Shown here piece by piece: positions 10,012-18,678 of a DNA stretch of 35,742 nucleotides. A program made the translations under genes and the position numbers. Location: positions 1 to 35,742 of the forward strand of contig JAAYUH010000137.1 of NCBI GenBank assembly GCA_012517755.1, given 5' to 3'. The stretch's first letter is position 1, and each line of letters opens with the position of its first letter. The notes below the pieces were generated by a model, which did no database searches, had not been told where the DNA came from, and saw only the letters and a list, made by a program, of their open reading frames with translations. The stretch is from a bacterium. GTDB taxonomy: Bacteria; Caldisericota; Caldisericia; B22-G15.

Positions 10012-10667
10012 TTATAATTATGCTTGGAAATATTGGAACTGGTAAAGGTACTCAAGGAAAATTAATAATGGAGAATTATAATATTCCATATATTTCAACA
10101 GGTGATATTTTTAGGGAAAATATTAAAAATAACACAGAATTGGGATTGAAAGTCAAATCGATACTTAATGATGGAAAGCTTGTTAGTGATGAGCTTGTAA
10201 ATGAGATTGTTTTTGATAAAATTAAAAATTTGGATAGTTTTGTTATTGATGGTTATCCAAGAACAATCAATCAGGCTGAGAACTTTGAAAATTTTATAAA
10301 TAATATAAACAAAAGATTAGATATCGTTTTTTTAATTGTTGTTTCTAAAGAGAATATTTTTAAAAGATTAACAGGAAGAAGAATATGTCCAGAATGTGGA
10401 AGAATATATAACCTCTATTTTGATAAACCTAAAGAAGATGAGATATGTGATTTTGATGGAGAAAAACTTATACAAAGAGGTGATGATAAAGTTGAAATTG
10501 TAAAGAAAAGAATGGAGGAATTTAAAAGGAATACTGAACCAGTTATTGAATATTATAGAAACAAGAATTTCCTTTATGAAATAGATGGAGAAAGGGAAAT
10601 ATTTGAAGTTTTTAGTGATATAAAGAGAGTTATAGATGATTATATTGAAAAGCAAAAGAGAAATTGA
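10008..10667 (+). CDS. adk: Adenylate kinase (zinc-lid type, Cys-Cys-Cys-Asp)
   Basis: P-loop GNIGTGKGT, STGDIFR, DGYPRT, lid CPECGRIY...CDFDG. GTG 10008 makes a GTGA overlap with the secY stop; ATG 10020 is an alternative start. Confidence 0.92.
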   Translation: MIIIMLGNIGTGKGTQGKLIMENYNIPYISTGDIFRENIKNNTELGLKVKSILNDGKLVSDELVNEIVFDKIKNLDSFVIDGYPRTINQAENFENFINNINKRLDIVFLIVVSKENIFKRLTGRRICPECGRIYNLYFDKPKEDEICDFDGEKLIQRGDDKVEIVKKRMEEFKRNTEPVIEYYRNKNFLYEIDGEREIFEVFSDIKRVIDDYIEKQKRN

Positions 10668-11403
10668 AATTATGAGAGAGGGTGGAACAATCCTTTATAA
10701 TATCCTATACGACCTTTTAAAAGAGGTGAAAGAGGGAGTTGAATCTTCATATATAGATATTCTTGCAGAAAAATTAATGGAAAGTTATAATGTAAAACCA
10801 GCCTTTAAAGGTTATAGAGGATATCCTTATTCTGTATGTGTTTCTATTAATGATGAAGTTATTCACGGTTTTCCTATTAAAGAGAAGGTGTTCAAAGAAG
10901 GTGATGTTGTTTCAATTGATATAGGAATTATTTATAAAGGTTATTATAGTGATATGGCTTATACAGTTCCAGTTGGAGATGTTGATGATAAAAAAAGAAA
11001 ATTACTTGAAATAGGAGAAAAAATCCTATTTCAAGGAATTTCTGAAGCAATTATCGGTAATAGAATTGGAAATATATCAAATGCAATTGAAACAAATACC
11101 TTGAAAAATGGATATTCAGTTGTAAAAGATTTCATAGGACATGGAATAGGTAGGAAGTTACATGAAGAACCAGAAGTTCCGAATTTTGGATCAAAAGATA
11201 ATGGTCCAATTTTGAAAGATGGAATGGTTATTGCTATTGAACCAATGATATGTATGGGAAAAGGAGAAGTTTATGTTACAAATGATGGTTGGACTGTGAA
11301 AACAAAGGATAGAGAAATTTCAGTTCATTTTGAACATACAGTTGCAATAACTGAGAACGGTCCATTAATTCTAACTTTACCAGATGAGAAAAATGAAAGA
11401 TAA
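10636..11403 (+). CDS. map: Type I methionine aminopeptidase
   Basis: MIILKSKREIEIMREGG, VIHGFP, DIGIIYKGYYSDMAYT, GHGIGRKLHEEP, IEPM; overlaps the adk 3' end by 32 nt. Confidence 0.94.
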   Translation: MIILKSKREIEIMREGGTILYNILYDLLKEVKEGVESSYIDILAEKLMESYNVKPAFKGYRGYPYSVCVSINDEVIHGFPIKEKVFKEGDVVSIDIGIIYKGYYSDMAYTVPVGDVDDKKRKLLEIGEKILFQGISEAIIGNRIGNISNAIETNTLKNGYSVVKDFIGHGIGRKLHEEPEVPNFGSKDNGPILKDGMVIAIEPMICMGKGEVYVTNDGWTVKTKDREISVHFEHTVAITENGPLILTLPDEKNER

Positions 11404-11611
11404 AGAGTATATAGAAATTGAAGGCATTGTTGTTGAAGCTCTCCCAGATATGCATTTTAAAGTAAAATTACCAAATGGTAAAGTTATTAAAGCATTTGTA
11501 AGTGGAAAAATGAGATTAAACTCAATAAGAGTAATTCCTGGGGATAAAGTTAGAGTACAGATAAGTAAATATGACCCTTCCCAGGGAAGAATAGTTTATA
11601 GAATCTCTTAA
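11384..11611 (+). CDS. infA: Translation initiation factor IF-1
   Basis: S1-like domain [35 protein letters not shown]...GDKV. In-frame ATG 11393 would give the canonical 72 aa length, so the start is uncertain by 9 nt. Confidence 0.92.
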   Translation: MRKMKDKEYIEIEGIVVEALPDMHFKVKLPNGKVIKAFVSGKMRLNSIRVIPGDKVRVQISKYDPSQGRIVYRIS

Positions 11612-11621
11612 AGGAGGAATG

Positions 11622-11735
11622 ATGAAAGTTAGATCTTCAGTAAAAAAAATTTGTCCTAAATGTAAAATTATTAAAAGAAAGGGAAGAGTAATGATAATTT
11701 GCTCTAACCCTAAACATAAACAAAGACAAGGTTAG
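11622..11735 (+). CDS. rpmJ: 50S ribosomal protein L36 (zinc-binding form)
   Basis: Not in the ORF track (37 aa). Hand translation: [43 protein letters not shown] at 11613-11617, stop TAG 11733-11735, canonical slot between infA and rpsM. Confidence 0.93.
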   Translation: MKVRSSVKKICPKCKIIKRKGRVMIICSNPKHKQRQG

Positions 11736-11745
11736 GAGGTAGAGA

Positions 11746-12108
11746 GTGGCAAGAGTTGTAGGAGTTGATTTGCCAAAAAACAAAAGATTAGATATAGCAC
11801 TAACATATATCTATGGTATTGGTTTGAAAAGTGCAAAGGATATAATAAAAAATTTAAAAATTAAGGAAGATAAAAAAGTTAAGGATTTATCTCCTGAGGA
11901 GATACAAACCTTAAATGATTATATTCCCAAAAATTATAAAGTTGAGGGAGATTTAAGAAAAGAAGTTTCTTCAAATATTAAGAGACTTGTAGACATAAAT
12001 TGCTATAGAGGATATAGGCATAAAAGAGGTATGCCTGTTAGAGGTCAGAGAACAAGGACTAATGCAAGAACAAGAAAAGGTCCAAGAAAAACTATCGGAA
12101 CTAAATAA
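11746..12108 (+). CDS. rpsM: 30S ribosomal protein S13
   Basis: GTG start after AGGAGG; (M)[47 protein letters not shown]. Confidence 0.95.
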   Translation: MARVVGVDLPKNKRLDIALTYIYGIGLKSAKDIIKNLKIKEDKKVKDLSPEEIQTLNDYIPKNYKVEGDLRKEVSSNIKRLVDINCYRGYRHKRGMPVRGQRTRTNARTRKGPRKTIGTK

Positions 12109-12119
12109 AGGAGGATTTA

Positions 12120-12494
12120 ATGGCAAAGAGTAAAAAGAAAAAAAGGGTAGACGAAAGTGTGAATGTTTATATTAACTCTACTTTTAATAATACATTGATA
12201 ACAATAACAGATAAACAAGGTAATGTTATTTCATGGGGTTCTTCTGGTACACATGGCTTTAAAGGAACTAAAAAAGGCACTCCTTTTGCAGCACAAATTG
12301 CAAGTGAAGATGTTGCAAAAAAAGCGACTGCTATGGGCGCTAAATTTGCAGATGTATATGTAAAAGGACCAGGTCCAGGTAGAGAAACTGCTGTTAGATC
12401 TATTCAGACTGGTGGAATTATTGTGAAATCAATAAAAGATACAACTCCTATACCTCATAATGGATGTAGACCACCAAAAAGAAGAAGAGTTTAA
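12120..12494 (+). CDS. rpsK: 30S ribosomal protein S11
   Basis: 124 aa; [51 protein letters not shown]. Confidence 0.96.
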   Translation: MAKSKKKKRVDESVNVYINSTFNNTLITITDKQGNVISWGSSGTHGFKGTKKGTPFAAQIASEDVAKKATAMGAKFADVYVKGPGPGRETAVRSIQTGGIIVKSIKDTTPIPHNGCRPPKRRRV

Positions 12495-12505
12495 GGAGGT
12501 AATAA

Positions 12506-13132
12506 ATGGCGAAACAGACTAAACCAAAATGTAGAGTTTGTAGAAGACTTGGTATTAAACTTTATTTAAAAGGCGAGAGATGTTATTCTTCAAAGTGTGC
12601 CCTTGAGAAAAAATTTTCCCCACCTGGTATGCAAGGAATGAGAAGAAGAGGAAAAGCATCTGATTATGCTTTACATTTATGGGAGAAACAAAAATTAAGA
12701 AAGATTTATGGAATAATGGAAAAACAATTTAAATTATATTTTGAAAAAGCTAATGCTCAAAGAAAAATACCAACAGGTGACAAACTTTTAGAAATTCTTG
12801 AAAGACGACTTGATAATGTAATTTTTAGAGCCGGACTTGCAGTTTCAAGATCTTCAGCAAGACAACTTGTAAATCATGGACATATAATGGTTAATAATAA
12901 AACCGTTAATATTCCATCTTACCAAGTCAAACCAAATGATGTAATAACTTTAAAGAAAAGAGCTAAGAATGTTCCACAAGTTCTTCAAGCTATTGAAAAT
13001 CAACCCTTAATTCCAAGTTGGCTCACTACAGATTATGAAAATTTTTCAATAACAGTAAATACAAATCCAACAAGAGATCAGATTGATACTCCTATAAAAG
13101 AAGAGTTAATTGTAGAGTTTTATTCAAAATAG
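12506..13132 (+). CDS. rpsD: 30S ribosomal protein S4 (Cys4 N-terminal zinc-finger form)
   Basis: 208 aa; CRVCRR...CYSSKC, LERRLDNVIFRAGLA.SRSSARQLVNHGHI.VN (S4 domain). Confidence 0.95.
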   Translation: MAKQTKPKCRVCRRLGIKLYLKGERCYSSKCALEKKFSPPGMQGMRRRGKASDYALHLWEKQKLRKIYGIMEKQFKLYFEKANAQRKIPTGDKLLEILERRLDNVIFRAGLAVSRSSARQLVNHGHIMVNNKTVNIPSYQVKPNDVITLKKRAKNVPQVLQAIENQPLIPSWLTTDYENFSITVNTNPTRDQIDTPIKEELIVEFYSK

Positions 13133-13140
13133 GAGATAAT

Positions 13141-14268
13141 ATGGAATATCTTGCTGGAAAACCAAAAATTAAATTAGTTGGAGAATCTAATAACTACTTA
13201 AAAATTATTCTTGATCCCCTTTATAAAGGTTATGGTATTACAATTGGGAATCTTCTAAGAAGAATACTTCTTTCGTCTATAATGGGTTATGGTATTTATG
13301 CAATTGAAATAAAAGACGTTTCTCACGAATTTTCAACTATTAACAATGTTTATGAAGACATTCCTGAAATTATCTATAATATTAAACAGATTGTTATAAG
13401 AGGAAAGTTAGATAGAGATAAAATTCATCTTTTCGTTAAAGGCGAAAAGGATGTAAAAGCAGGAGATTTTGATCCAAATCCAAACTTAGAAATAGTTAAT
13501 CCAGACTTACATCTTTTTTCAATAACTGATAAAAAAGGAGAAGTTGAAATGGTTGCTCATATAAAAAGAGGATTTGGTTATCTAATTGAATCAGAAAACA
13601 AAGAACCAGGATTTCCAATAAATACAATTTTTATTGATACCAATTTCTCACCAGTTAAAAAAGTCAATTTTGAAGTTTCATCATCTGATGTAGCTCCTTT
13701 CCCAAAAAGAGAAAAATTAACATTAGAAATTTATACCAATGGATCACTGTCACCAAGAGAAATTTTAAGAGATGGGGTTAGAATAGTTAGTTATTATATG
13801 GATATTATTGGAGAGTTGAAGGTAGAAGAAGAAAAGAAAGAGGTAGGAATTGAGCTTTTACCTTTATCAAGCAGAATAAAAAAGATACTTTTAAATGAAG
13901 GAATTAATAATGTAAATGTATTAAAAAAAGAACTACTCTCGGGTGGTTTAAAAGAAATTAAAGGTATTGGAGATAAATATATAAAAGAAATTGAAGAAAT
14001 ATTAAAATCATATAGTGAAGAAAAGGAAGAGGAGACTTTTTTAGAAAGAAATATTGAAGAATTGGCTTCTGAACTATCTATCTCTATGGAAGATCTAAAT
14101 ATTCTAAAACTTGGAGGAATAAAAACTTTAAGAGATTTAGTTAATTTATCTATAAATGATTTGATGTCAGAAAGATTCAATCTCTCACAAAAAGTTGTTA
14201 AAAAGATTGAAAGCAAACTTAAAAAATGGAATTTATCTTTAAGAAAGGAGAGTAATAATGAGACATAA
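13141..14268 (+). CDS. rpoA: DNA-directed RNA polymerase alpha subunit, 375 aa, with an apparent extra alpha-CTD-like domain
   Basis: NTD GYGITIGNLLRRILLSS, FIDTNFSPVKKVNFEV. Two successive helix-hairpin-helix CTD-like segments follow, at aa ~236-291 and ~299-368. Canonical position between rpsD and rplQ. Confidence 0.93.
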   Translation: MEYLAGKPKIKLVGESNNYLKIILDPLYKGYGITIGNLLRRILLSSIMGYGIYAIEIKDVSHEFSTINNVYEDIPEIIYNIKQIVIRGKLDRDKIHLFVKGEKDVKAGDFDPNPNLEIVNPDLHLFSITDKKGEVEMVAHIKRGFGYLIESENKEPGFPINTIFIDTNFSPVKKVNFEVSSSDVAPFPKREKLTLEIYTNGSLSPREILRDGVRIVSYYMDIIGELKVEEEKKEVGIELLPLSSRIKKILLNEGINNVNVLKKELLSGGLKEIKGIGDKYIKEIEEILKSYSEEKEEETFLERNIEELASELSISMEDLNILKLGGIKTLRDLVNLSINDLMSERFNLSQKVVKKIESKLKKWNLSLRKESNNET

Positions 14269-14611
14269 GATGGGTTATAGAAAACTAAATAGATATCCTT
14301 CTCATAGGCAGATGATGTTAAGGAATCTTGTTACTTCTCTAATATTAAAAGAGAAAATAGTAACCACAGAACAGAGAGCGAAAGAAACAAGAAAATTGGC
14401 TGATAAAATAATCACACTTGCAAAAAAGGATGATTTACATTCAAAGAAAATAATTTACTCTTATTTATTATCTAAAGAGGCTGGAAAACACCTTGAAGAG
14501 ATAAAGAATAAATTTGAAGGGAGAGATGGAGGATATACAAGAATAGTTAACTTGGGAGAAAGGAGAGGAGACGGAGCAAAATTAGTGATATTAGAGCTTG
14601 TTAAAGAGTGA
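14258..14611 (+). CDS. rplQ: 50S ribosomal protein L17
   Basis: 117 aa; MRHKMGYRKLNRYPSHRQMMLRNL, GGYTRIV.LGERRGDGA; AAGGAG 7 nt upstream; overlaps rpoA by 11 nt. Confidence 0.94.
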   Translation: MRHKMGYRKLNRYPSHRQMMLRNLVTSLILKEKIVTTEQRAKETRKLADKIITLAKKDDLHSKKIIYSYLLSKEAGKHLEEIKNKFEGRDGGYTRIVNLGERRGDGAKLVILELVKE

Positions 14612-15438
14612 TTGAATTAAAAAATGTTTCTTTCTCTTATTATTTGCCTGAAAAAGTTGATGTTATCAAAAACATCAACTTAATTATTAATAAAGGCGAA
14701 TTTTTAGTTATTATTGGTAGAAACGGTTCAGGAAAATCTACTCTTGGTAGATTAATTTCTTTTATACTTGAACCAACAGAAGGCGAGATTATTATAGATG
14801 ATAAAAAACCAAAAATAGATATTGATTATATTGATATAAGGAAAAAAATTGGAATGGTATTCCAGAATCCAGATAATCAGATCGTTTCACAGATAGTTGA
14901 GGAAGATATAGCTTTTGGTCTTGAGAATTTAAATTATAGTGAGGAAGAAATAGAAAACAAAATTGATGAGGTAATAAATGAAGTTAATTTGGCTGAATAC
15001 AGAAAATTCCCTCCGAATTTTTTATCTGGAGGACAAAGACAAAAACTTGCTATTGCAGGAATATTGGTTATGGAACCACAATATCTTGTACTTGATGAGC
15101 CAACTTCCCTTCTCGATCCAAAAGGTAGAAAAGATGTTATCGAACTTATCAAAAGGTTGAATAATGAGGGCATAACAATTATCTTAATAACACATAGGAT
15201 GGAAGAAGCTGTTCTTGGAGATAGAGTCCTTGTTTTAAATGAAGGAGAAATTTTTTTAGAAGGGAAACCAGAAGAGGTTTTTAAAGAGGTGGAAAAAATT
15301 AGATCTGTAGGTTTATCTCCACCCGTTTTTACATATCTGTCATATTTAATTAAAAAAGAAAATATTAATATTGATATAAAATTATGGAAATTAGAAGAAA
15401 TCAAGAAAGAAATATTGCAGTTGAAGTTAAAGATTTAA
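14608..15438 (+). CDS. ecfA1: ECF transporter ATPase component EcfA1 (CbiO-like)
   Basis: Walker A GRNGSGKST, Q-loop VFQNPDNQ, signature LSGGQRQKLAIA, Walker B LVLDEPTSLLD, H-loop ITHR. The rplQ-ecfA-ecfA'-ecfT-truA order is a known conserved arrangement. Confidence 0.9.
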   Translation: MIELKNVSFSYYLPEKVDVIKNINLIINKGEFLVIIGRNGSGKSTLGRLISFILEPTEGEIIIDDKKPKIDIDYIDIRKKIGMVFQNPDNQIVSQIVEEDIAFGLENLNYSEEEIENKIDEVINEVNLAEYRKFPPNFLSGGQRQKLAIAGILVMEPQYLVLDEPTSLLDPKGRKDVIELIKRLNNEGITIILITHRMEEAVLGDRVLVLNEGEIFLEGKPEEVFKEVEKIRSVGLSPPVFTYLSYLIKKENINIDIKLWKLEEIKKEILQLKLKI

Positions 15439-16259
15439 AATATACATATTCAAAAGGCTTGCCTTATGAGAAAGAAGCACTTGTTTCTGTTAATTTGTTA
15501 GTTTTTGAAGGAGAAGCCATCGGTGTTTTAGGTCATACAGGGAGTGGTAAATCTACATTAATTCAGCATCTAAATGGAATATTGATGCCAGATAGTGGGG
15601 AAGTAAAAATATTTGGAGAAAAGATTAATAATGATAAAAAATTTTTAAAAAATTTAAGGAAAATAGTTGGAATAGTTTTTCAATTTCCCGAGGATGAACT
15701 TTTTGCAGAGACAGTTTATGAAGATGTCTCTTTTGGTCCTAAAAATCTTGGATTAACCAAAGAAGAGATTGATGAAAGAGTTTTAACATCATTAATTGAA
15801 GTTGGTTTAAATGAAAGTTATTTAACCAGATCCCCATTTTCCCTATCTGGCGGAGAGAAAAGAAGAGTTGCAATTGCTTCTATTTTATCAATGAGACCTA
15901 AAATTCTTGTCCTTGATGAACCTACAAGTGGATTAGATCCATTAGGTCGAGAAGAAATTTTAAAACTCATAAAAAGATTGAAAAATGATAAAAAAGTGAC
16001 CATTATTTTAGTTTCACACTCTATGGAAGATGTACTGTCTTTAGTTGATAGAGTATATATTTTAAATAAAGGTAAAGTTGTTTTTGGAGGAGATACAGTA
16101 TCTATTTTTAAAGATAAAGATAGTATAGAAAAATTTGATCTTTCTATTCCAGAAATATTTATACTTGGTGAAGAACTAAAAAAAGAGGGTTTTAACATTG
16201 AAGAACCTTTTAGAGATGTCGAAATAGCAAAAAAAGAGATAATAAGGAACCTGAAATGA
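15384..16259 (+). CDS. ecfA2: ECF transporter ATPase component EcfA2
   Basis: GHTGSGKST, VFQFPEDELF, LSGGEKRRVAIA, LVLDEPTSGLD, VSHSM. The only ATG start (15384) overlaps ecfA1 by 55 nt. Confidence 0.9.
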   Translation: MEIRRNQERNIAVEVKDLKYTYSKGLPYEKEALVSVNLLVFEGEAIGVLGHTGSGKSTLIQHLNGILMPDSGEVKIFGEKINNDKKFLKNLRKIVGIVFQFPEDELFAETVYEDVSFGPKNLGLTKEEIDERVLTSLIEVGLNESYLTRSPFSLSGGEKRRVAIASILSMRPKILVLDEPTSGLDPLGREEILKLIKRLKNDKKVTIILVSHSMEDVLSLVDRVYILNKGKVVFGGDTVSIFKDKDSIEKFDLSIPEIFILGEELKKEGFNIEEPFRDVEIAKKEIIRNLK

Positions 16260-17053
16260 TCGGGAAAGATTCTTTAGTAATTGGGCAATATTTTCCAGGG
16301 AATGGTTTACTCTATTCACTTGATCCGAGAAATAAAATATTGTCTTTTCTTTTTTTAATGATCATAATATTTTTTTACAAATCACTTTTTTCATTCATTC
16401 CAATATTTTTACTTGTTTTATCTTTCATAATTATCTCTAAAATACCAATTAAATCTATTTTAAAAGGATTAAAACCAATATTAATACTTTTGATAATAAC
16501 GCTTTTTTTCCATTTCTTTTTTACTCCAGGTGAAACTATCTTTAAAATATTTTTTCTAAAATTGACAAAAGAGGGTTTAAATAAAGGAATTTTTATAGGT
16601 TCAAGACTTATAATTTTAATAATGATTTCTTCGCTTTTGACATTTACAACATCACCTCTTGAATTAACAAAAGGCCTTGAATTTTTATCTCTACCCTTAG
16701 AAAAATTAAAATTCCCATCAACAGAAATTATAATGATGATAACAATTGCATTAAGATTCATTCCTGTTCTTGTAGAAGAGGCAGATAGAATAATTGTTGC
16801 ACAGGTAAGTAGAGGTGCATCATTTGATGAAGGAAATTTAATAAAAAGAGCAAAAAGTTTAATTCCTATACTTGTACCACTATTTGTTTCTTCATTTAGA
16901 AGAGCAGAAGAATTAGCTATAGCAATGGAAGTAAGATGTTTTCAGCCAGGGAAAAAAAGAACATATATGAAAAGGTTAACATGGAAAAAAATTGATACAA
17001 TATTTATTGTTTTCATCATAATTTTTGGTTCACTCTTTCTTTTTTTTAAATGA
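16256..17053 (+). CDS. ecfT: ECF transporter transmembrane component EcfT (CbiQ family)
   Basis: 265 aa polytopic protein; AQVSRGASFDEG and RRAEELAIAMEVRCF coupling-helix motifs; ATGA overlaps on both sides. Confidence 0.9.
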   Translation: MIGKDSLVIGQYFPGNGLLYSLDPRNKILSFLFLMIIIFFYKSLFSFIPIFLLVLSFIIISKIPIKSILKGLKPILILLIITLFFHFFFTPGETIFKIFFLKLTKEGLNKGIFIGSRLIILIMISSLLTFTTSPLELTKGLEFLSLPLEKLKFPSTEIIMMITIALRFIPVLVEEADRIIVAQVSRGASFDEGNLIKRAKSLIPILVPLFVSSFRRAEELAIAMEVRCFQPGKKRTYMKRLTWKKIDTIFIVFIIIFGSLFLFFK

Positions 17054-17793
17054 TAAAAAATCTCAAATTAATATTAATGTATGATGGTACAAATTTTTAT
17101 GGTTCTCAAAAAAATGAAAATTTAAGAACAATTGAAGGCGTTTTAAATTTACATTTAAAAAATATATTGAATGAAGATATCAATTTAACTTTTGCAAGTA
17201 GAACTGATAGAGGTGTTCATGCTTTAGGACAGGTTGTAAATTTTAAAGTTGATACAAAAATACCTACTAAAAATATAAAAAAAATTTTAAATAATAAATT
17301 ACCAGATGATTTAAGTATTAAAGAAATTGAAGAGGTTGATTTGAATTTTTCATCAAGATTTGATTCAAAAGGTAAAGTCTATTTTTTTATAGTTAACAAT
17401 TCATTTGAAACTCCTAATCCAATTTTAAATAGATATTCCCTATGGTTTCCATATAAAATAGATTACAATAGGTTGAAAGAAAATATCACATTTTTTATAG
17501 GTAAAAAAGATTTTTCAAGTTTTACTACTGAAGAAGAAAGAGAAAAAGGTTCAACAATTAGAGAAATATTAGATATCAGTTTCTTAAATAAAGATAACCT
17601 CCTTTTTTTTATAATTGCTGGTAAATCCTTTTTAAGACATCAAATTAGAAGAATGATAGGTGCTTTACTTGAGATAGAGAGAAGAAATTTAAAAAATGAG
17701 TTATTAATCGAAGCTTTAAATTCAAAAAAACACTATATTGGCGAAAAAAAAGTTTCACCTAGGGGACTATTTCTATTTAAAGTTATCTATTAA
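17050..17793 (+). CDS. truA: tRNA pseudouridine(38-40) synthase
   Basis: 247 aa; YDGTNFYGSQ, catalytic RTDRGVHALGQVVNF, FLRHQIRRMIG. Confidence 0.93.
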   Translation: MIKNLKLILMYDGTNFYGSQKNENLRTIEGVLNLHLKNILNEDINLTFASRTDRGVHALGQVVNFKVDTKIPTKNIKKILNNKLPDDLSIKEIEEVDLNFSSRFDSKGKVYFFIVNNSFETPNPILNRYSLWFPYKIDYNRLKENITFFIGKKDFSSFTTEEEREKGSTIREILDISFLNKDNLLFFIIAGKSFLRHQIRRMIGALLEIERRNLKNELLIEALNSKKHYIGEKKVSPRGLFLFKVIY

Positions 17794-17907
17794 TTCAAGG
17801 AATTTCTTAATCTTATAAAACACGGGTTCGAACTTTATTGATTTTGCTCATTTTGTTGTGAAATTAAAGTATTTTTTAAAATCTAAAAATAAAAATTTAA
17901 ATTATTT

Positions 17908-18510
17908 TTAGGATGATTCAATTTTTTTTATTTGTTGATTATTAATTTCTAACTCGTCTTTTATTTTAAAAAATGCAATAATTTCAAAAATAATTCCGAC
18001 AAGAATAACAAATATACCAATCAGAATAATAAGTAAAATTGAACCAATAAACAAAAGTAACCCAGAAATTTTAAAATAACGATTATTAAGTACAACTGAT
18101 ACTCTATCGAAGCTCATTTTTATAAAATATGTAGAAACAACAAATATGCAATTAAAAACAATTAGAAGAATCCCTGAAACCAAACCAATAGATTGTGAAC
18201 CTCCAAAAGGTTCAGTAAGAAGAGAGATAAAAATCCCGCCAAGAGCAATTAATAATATAATAAAACCTATGGTGGATAAGATTATTCCAGTAAGAAAATT
18301 TGAATAAATCTTACGATTTTTTGTCTTTTTAGAAATATCACTTAAAGCAAAAAGAATTAAAATAGTTGCAGCAATAAAAAAAATTATAGGGAATGTATTA
18401 AAATTTATTATTCTTCTTAAGACAAGAAAACTAAAAAAAGTACCAAGAATGCATAAAATAGATCCAACAACTCCTAATATTTTTGCACTCCTTAGATTCA
18501 CTTTATCCAT
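17908..18510 (-). CDS. Polytopic membrane protein, DUF996-like (family assignment from memory)
   Basis: 200 aa, about 6 hydrophobic segments. The AKILGVVGSILCILG N-terminus, LFALSDISKKTKNRKIYSNFL loop and C-terminal GLLLFIGSILLIILIGIFVILVGIIFEIIAFFKIK resemble the DUF996 pattern. AGAGGT RBS upstream. Confidence 0.7.
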   Translation of the reverse strand: MDKVNLRSAKILGVVGSILCILGTFFSFLVLRRIINFNTFPIIFFIAATILILFALSDISKKTKNRKIYSNFLTGIILSTIGFIILLIALGGIFISLLTEPFGGSQSIGLVSGILLIVFNCIFVVSTYFIKMSFDRVSVVLNNRYFKISGLLLFIGSILLIILIGIFVILVGIIFEIIAFFKIKDELEINNQQIKKIESS

Positions 18511-18543
18511 AGTTTACCTCTTTAACTTAAAAATATTGAATTT

Positions 18544-18557
18544 TATATAATTATATA
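18544..18557. repeat. Perfect 14-bp palindrome TATATAATTATATA in a divergent intergenic region (copy 1)
   Basis: Read directly. Shares the 13-nt core ATATAATTATATA with 18628-18640. Also contains TATAAT on both strands, so it may be the -10 box of the minus-strand membrane-protein gene. Confidence 0.5.
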
Positions 18558-18627
18558 ATATTGAGATAAGATCTTGAAATTTACATATTTATTTATATCT
18601 ATTACTCATTTAATTTAAAAATAATAA

Positions 18628-18641
18628 ATATAATTATATAT
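18628..18641. repeat. Second copy of the ATATAATTATAT palindromic core, abutting the predicted + strand promoter
   Basis: ATATAATTATATAT read directly. It ends where the TGTTATAAT extended -10 begins. Confidence 0.5.
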
Positions 18642-18649
18642 GTTATAAT
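18641..18649 (+). promoter_or_regulatory. Extended -10 promoter element TGTTATAAT for the ferritin-like/ABC-2 operon
   Basis: Exact TGnTATAAT about 30 nt upstream of ATG 18679; AGGAGG at 18667-18672; no good -35. Confidence 0.5.
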
Positions 18650-18678
18650 CATATCAATATTATTTCAGGAGGTAGTAT

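Noticed and set aside
13794-14216. Long antisense ORFs inside well-supported genes, e.g. 13794-14216(-) in rpoA, 14934-15404(-) in ecfA1, 15818-16198(-) in ecfA2, 7587-7979(-), 3369-3731(-), 16375-16761(-) and 4064-4378(-).
   Set aside because: The translations are low-complexity (S/F/L/I-rich) with no recognisable motifs and no SD. The sense strands are purine- and lysine/glutamate-codon rich, which depletes stop codons on the antisense strand. They are best explained as shadow ORFs.
17824-17833. GGGTTCGAAC, a tRNA T-loop-like motif in the gap after truA, which could have marked a tRNA gene or an integration-site remnant.
   Set aside because: The flanking sequence cannot form a T-stem (no CCC partner), acceptor stem or anticodon arm. 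My rough base-composition estimate puts the chance of one random GGTTCGAA in 2 x 35 kb at about one half. No matching direct repeat, integrase or other island feature was seen.
17885-17909. All-A/T inverted repeat AAAAATAA-N9-TTATTTTT between truA and the convergent membrane-protein gene, as a possible bidirectional terminator.
   Set aside because: An 8-bp stem of only A-T pairs is very weak, and such repeats are expected by chance in sequence this AT-rich. It is not supportable as a terminator from sequence alone.
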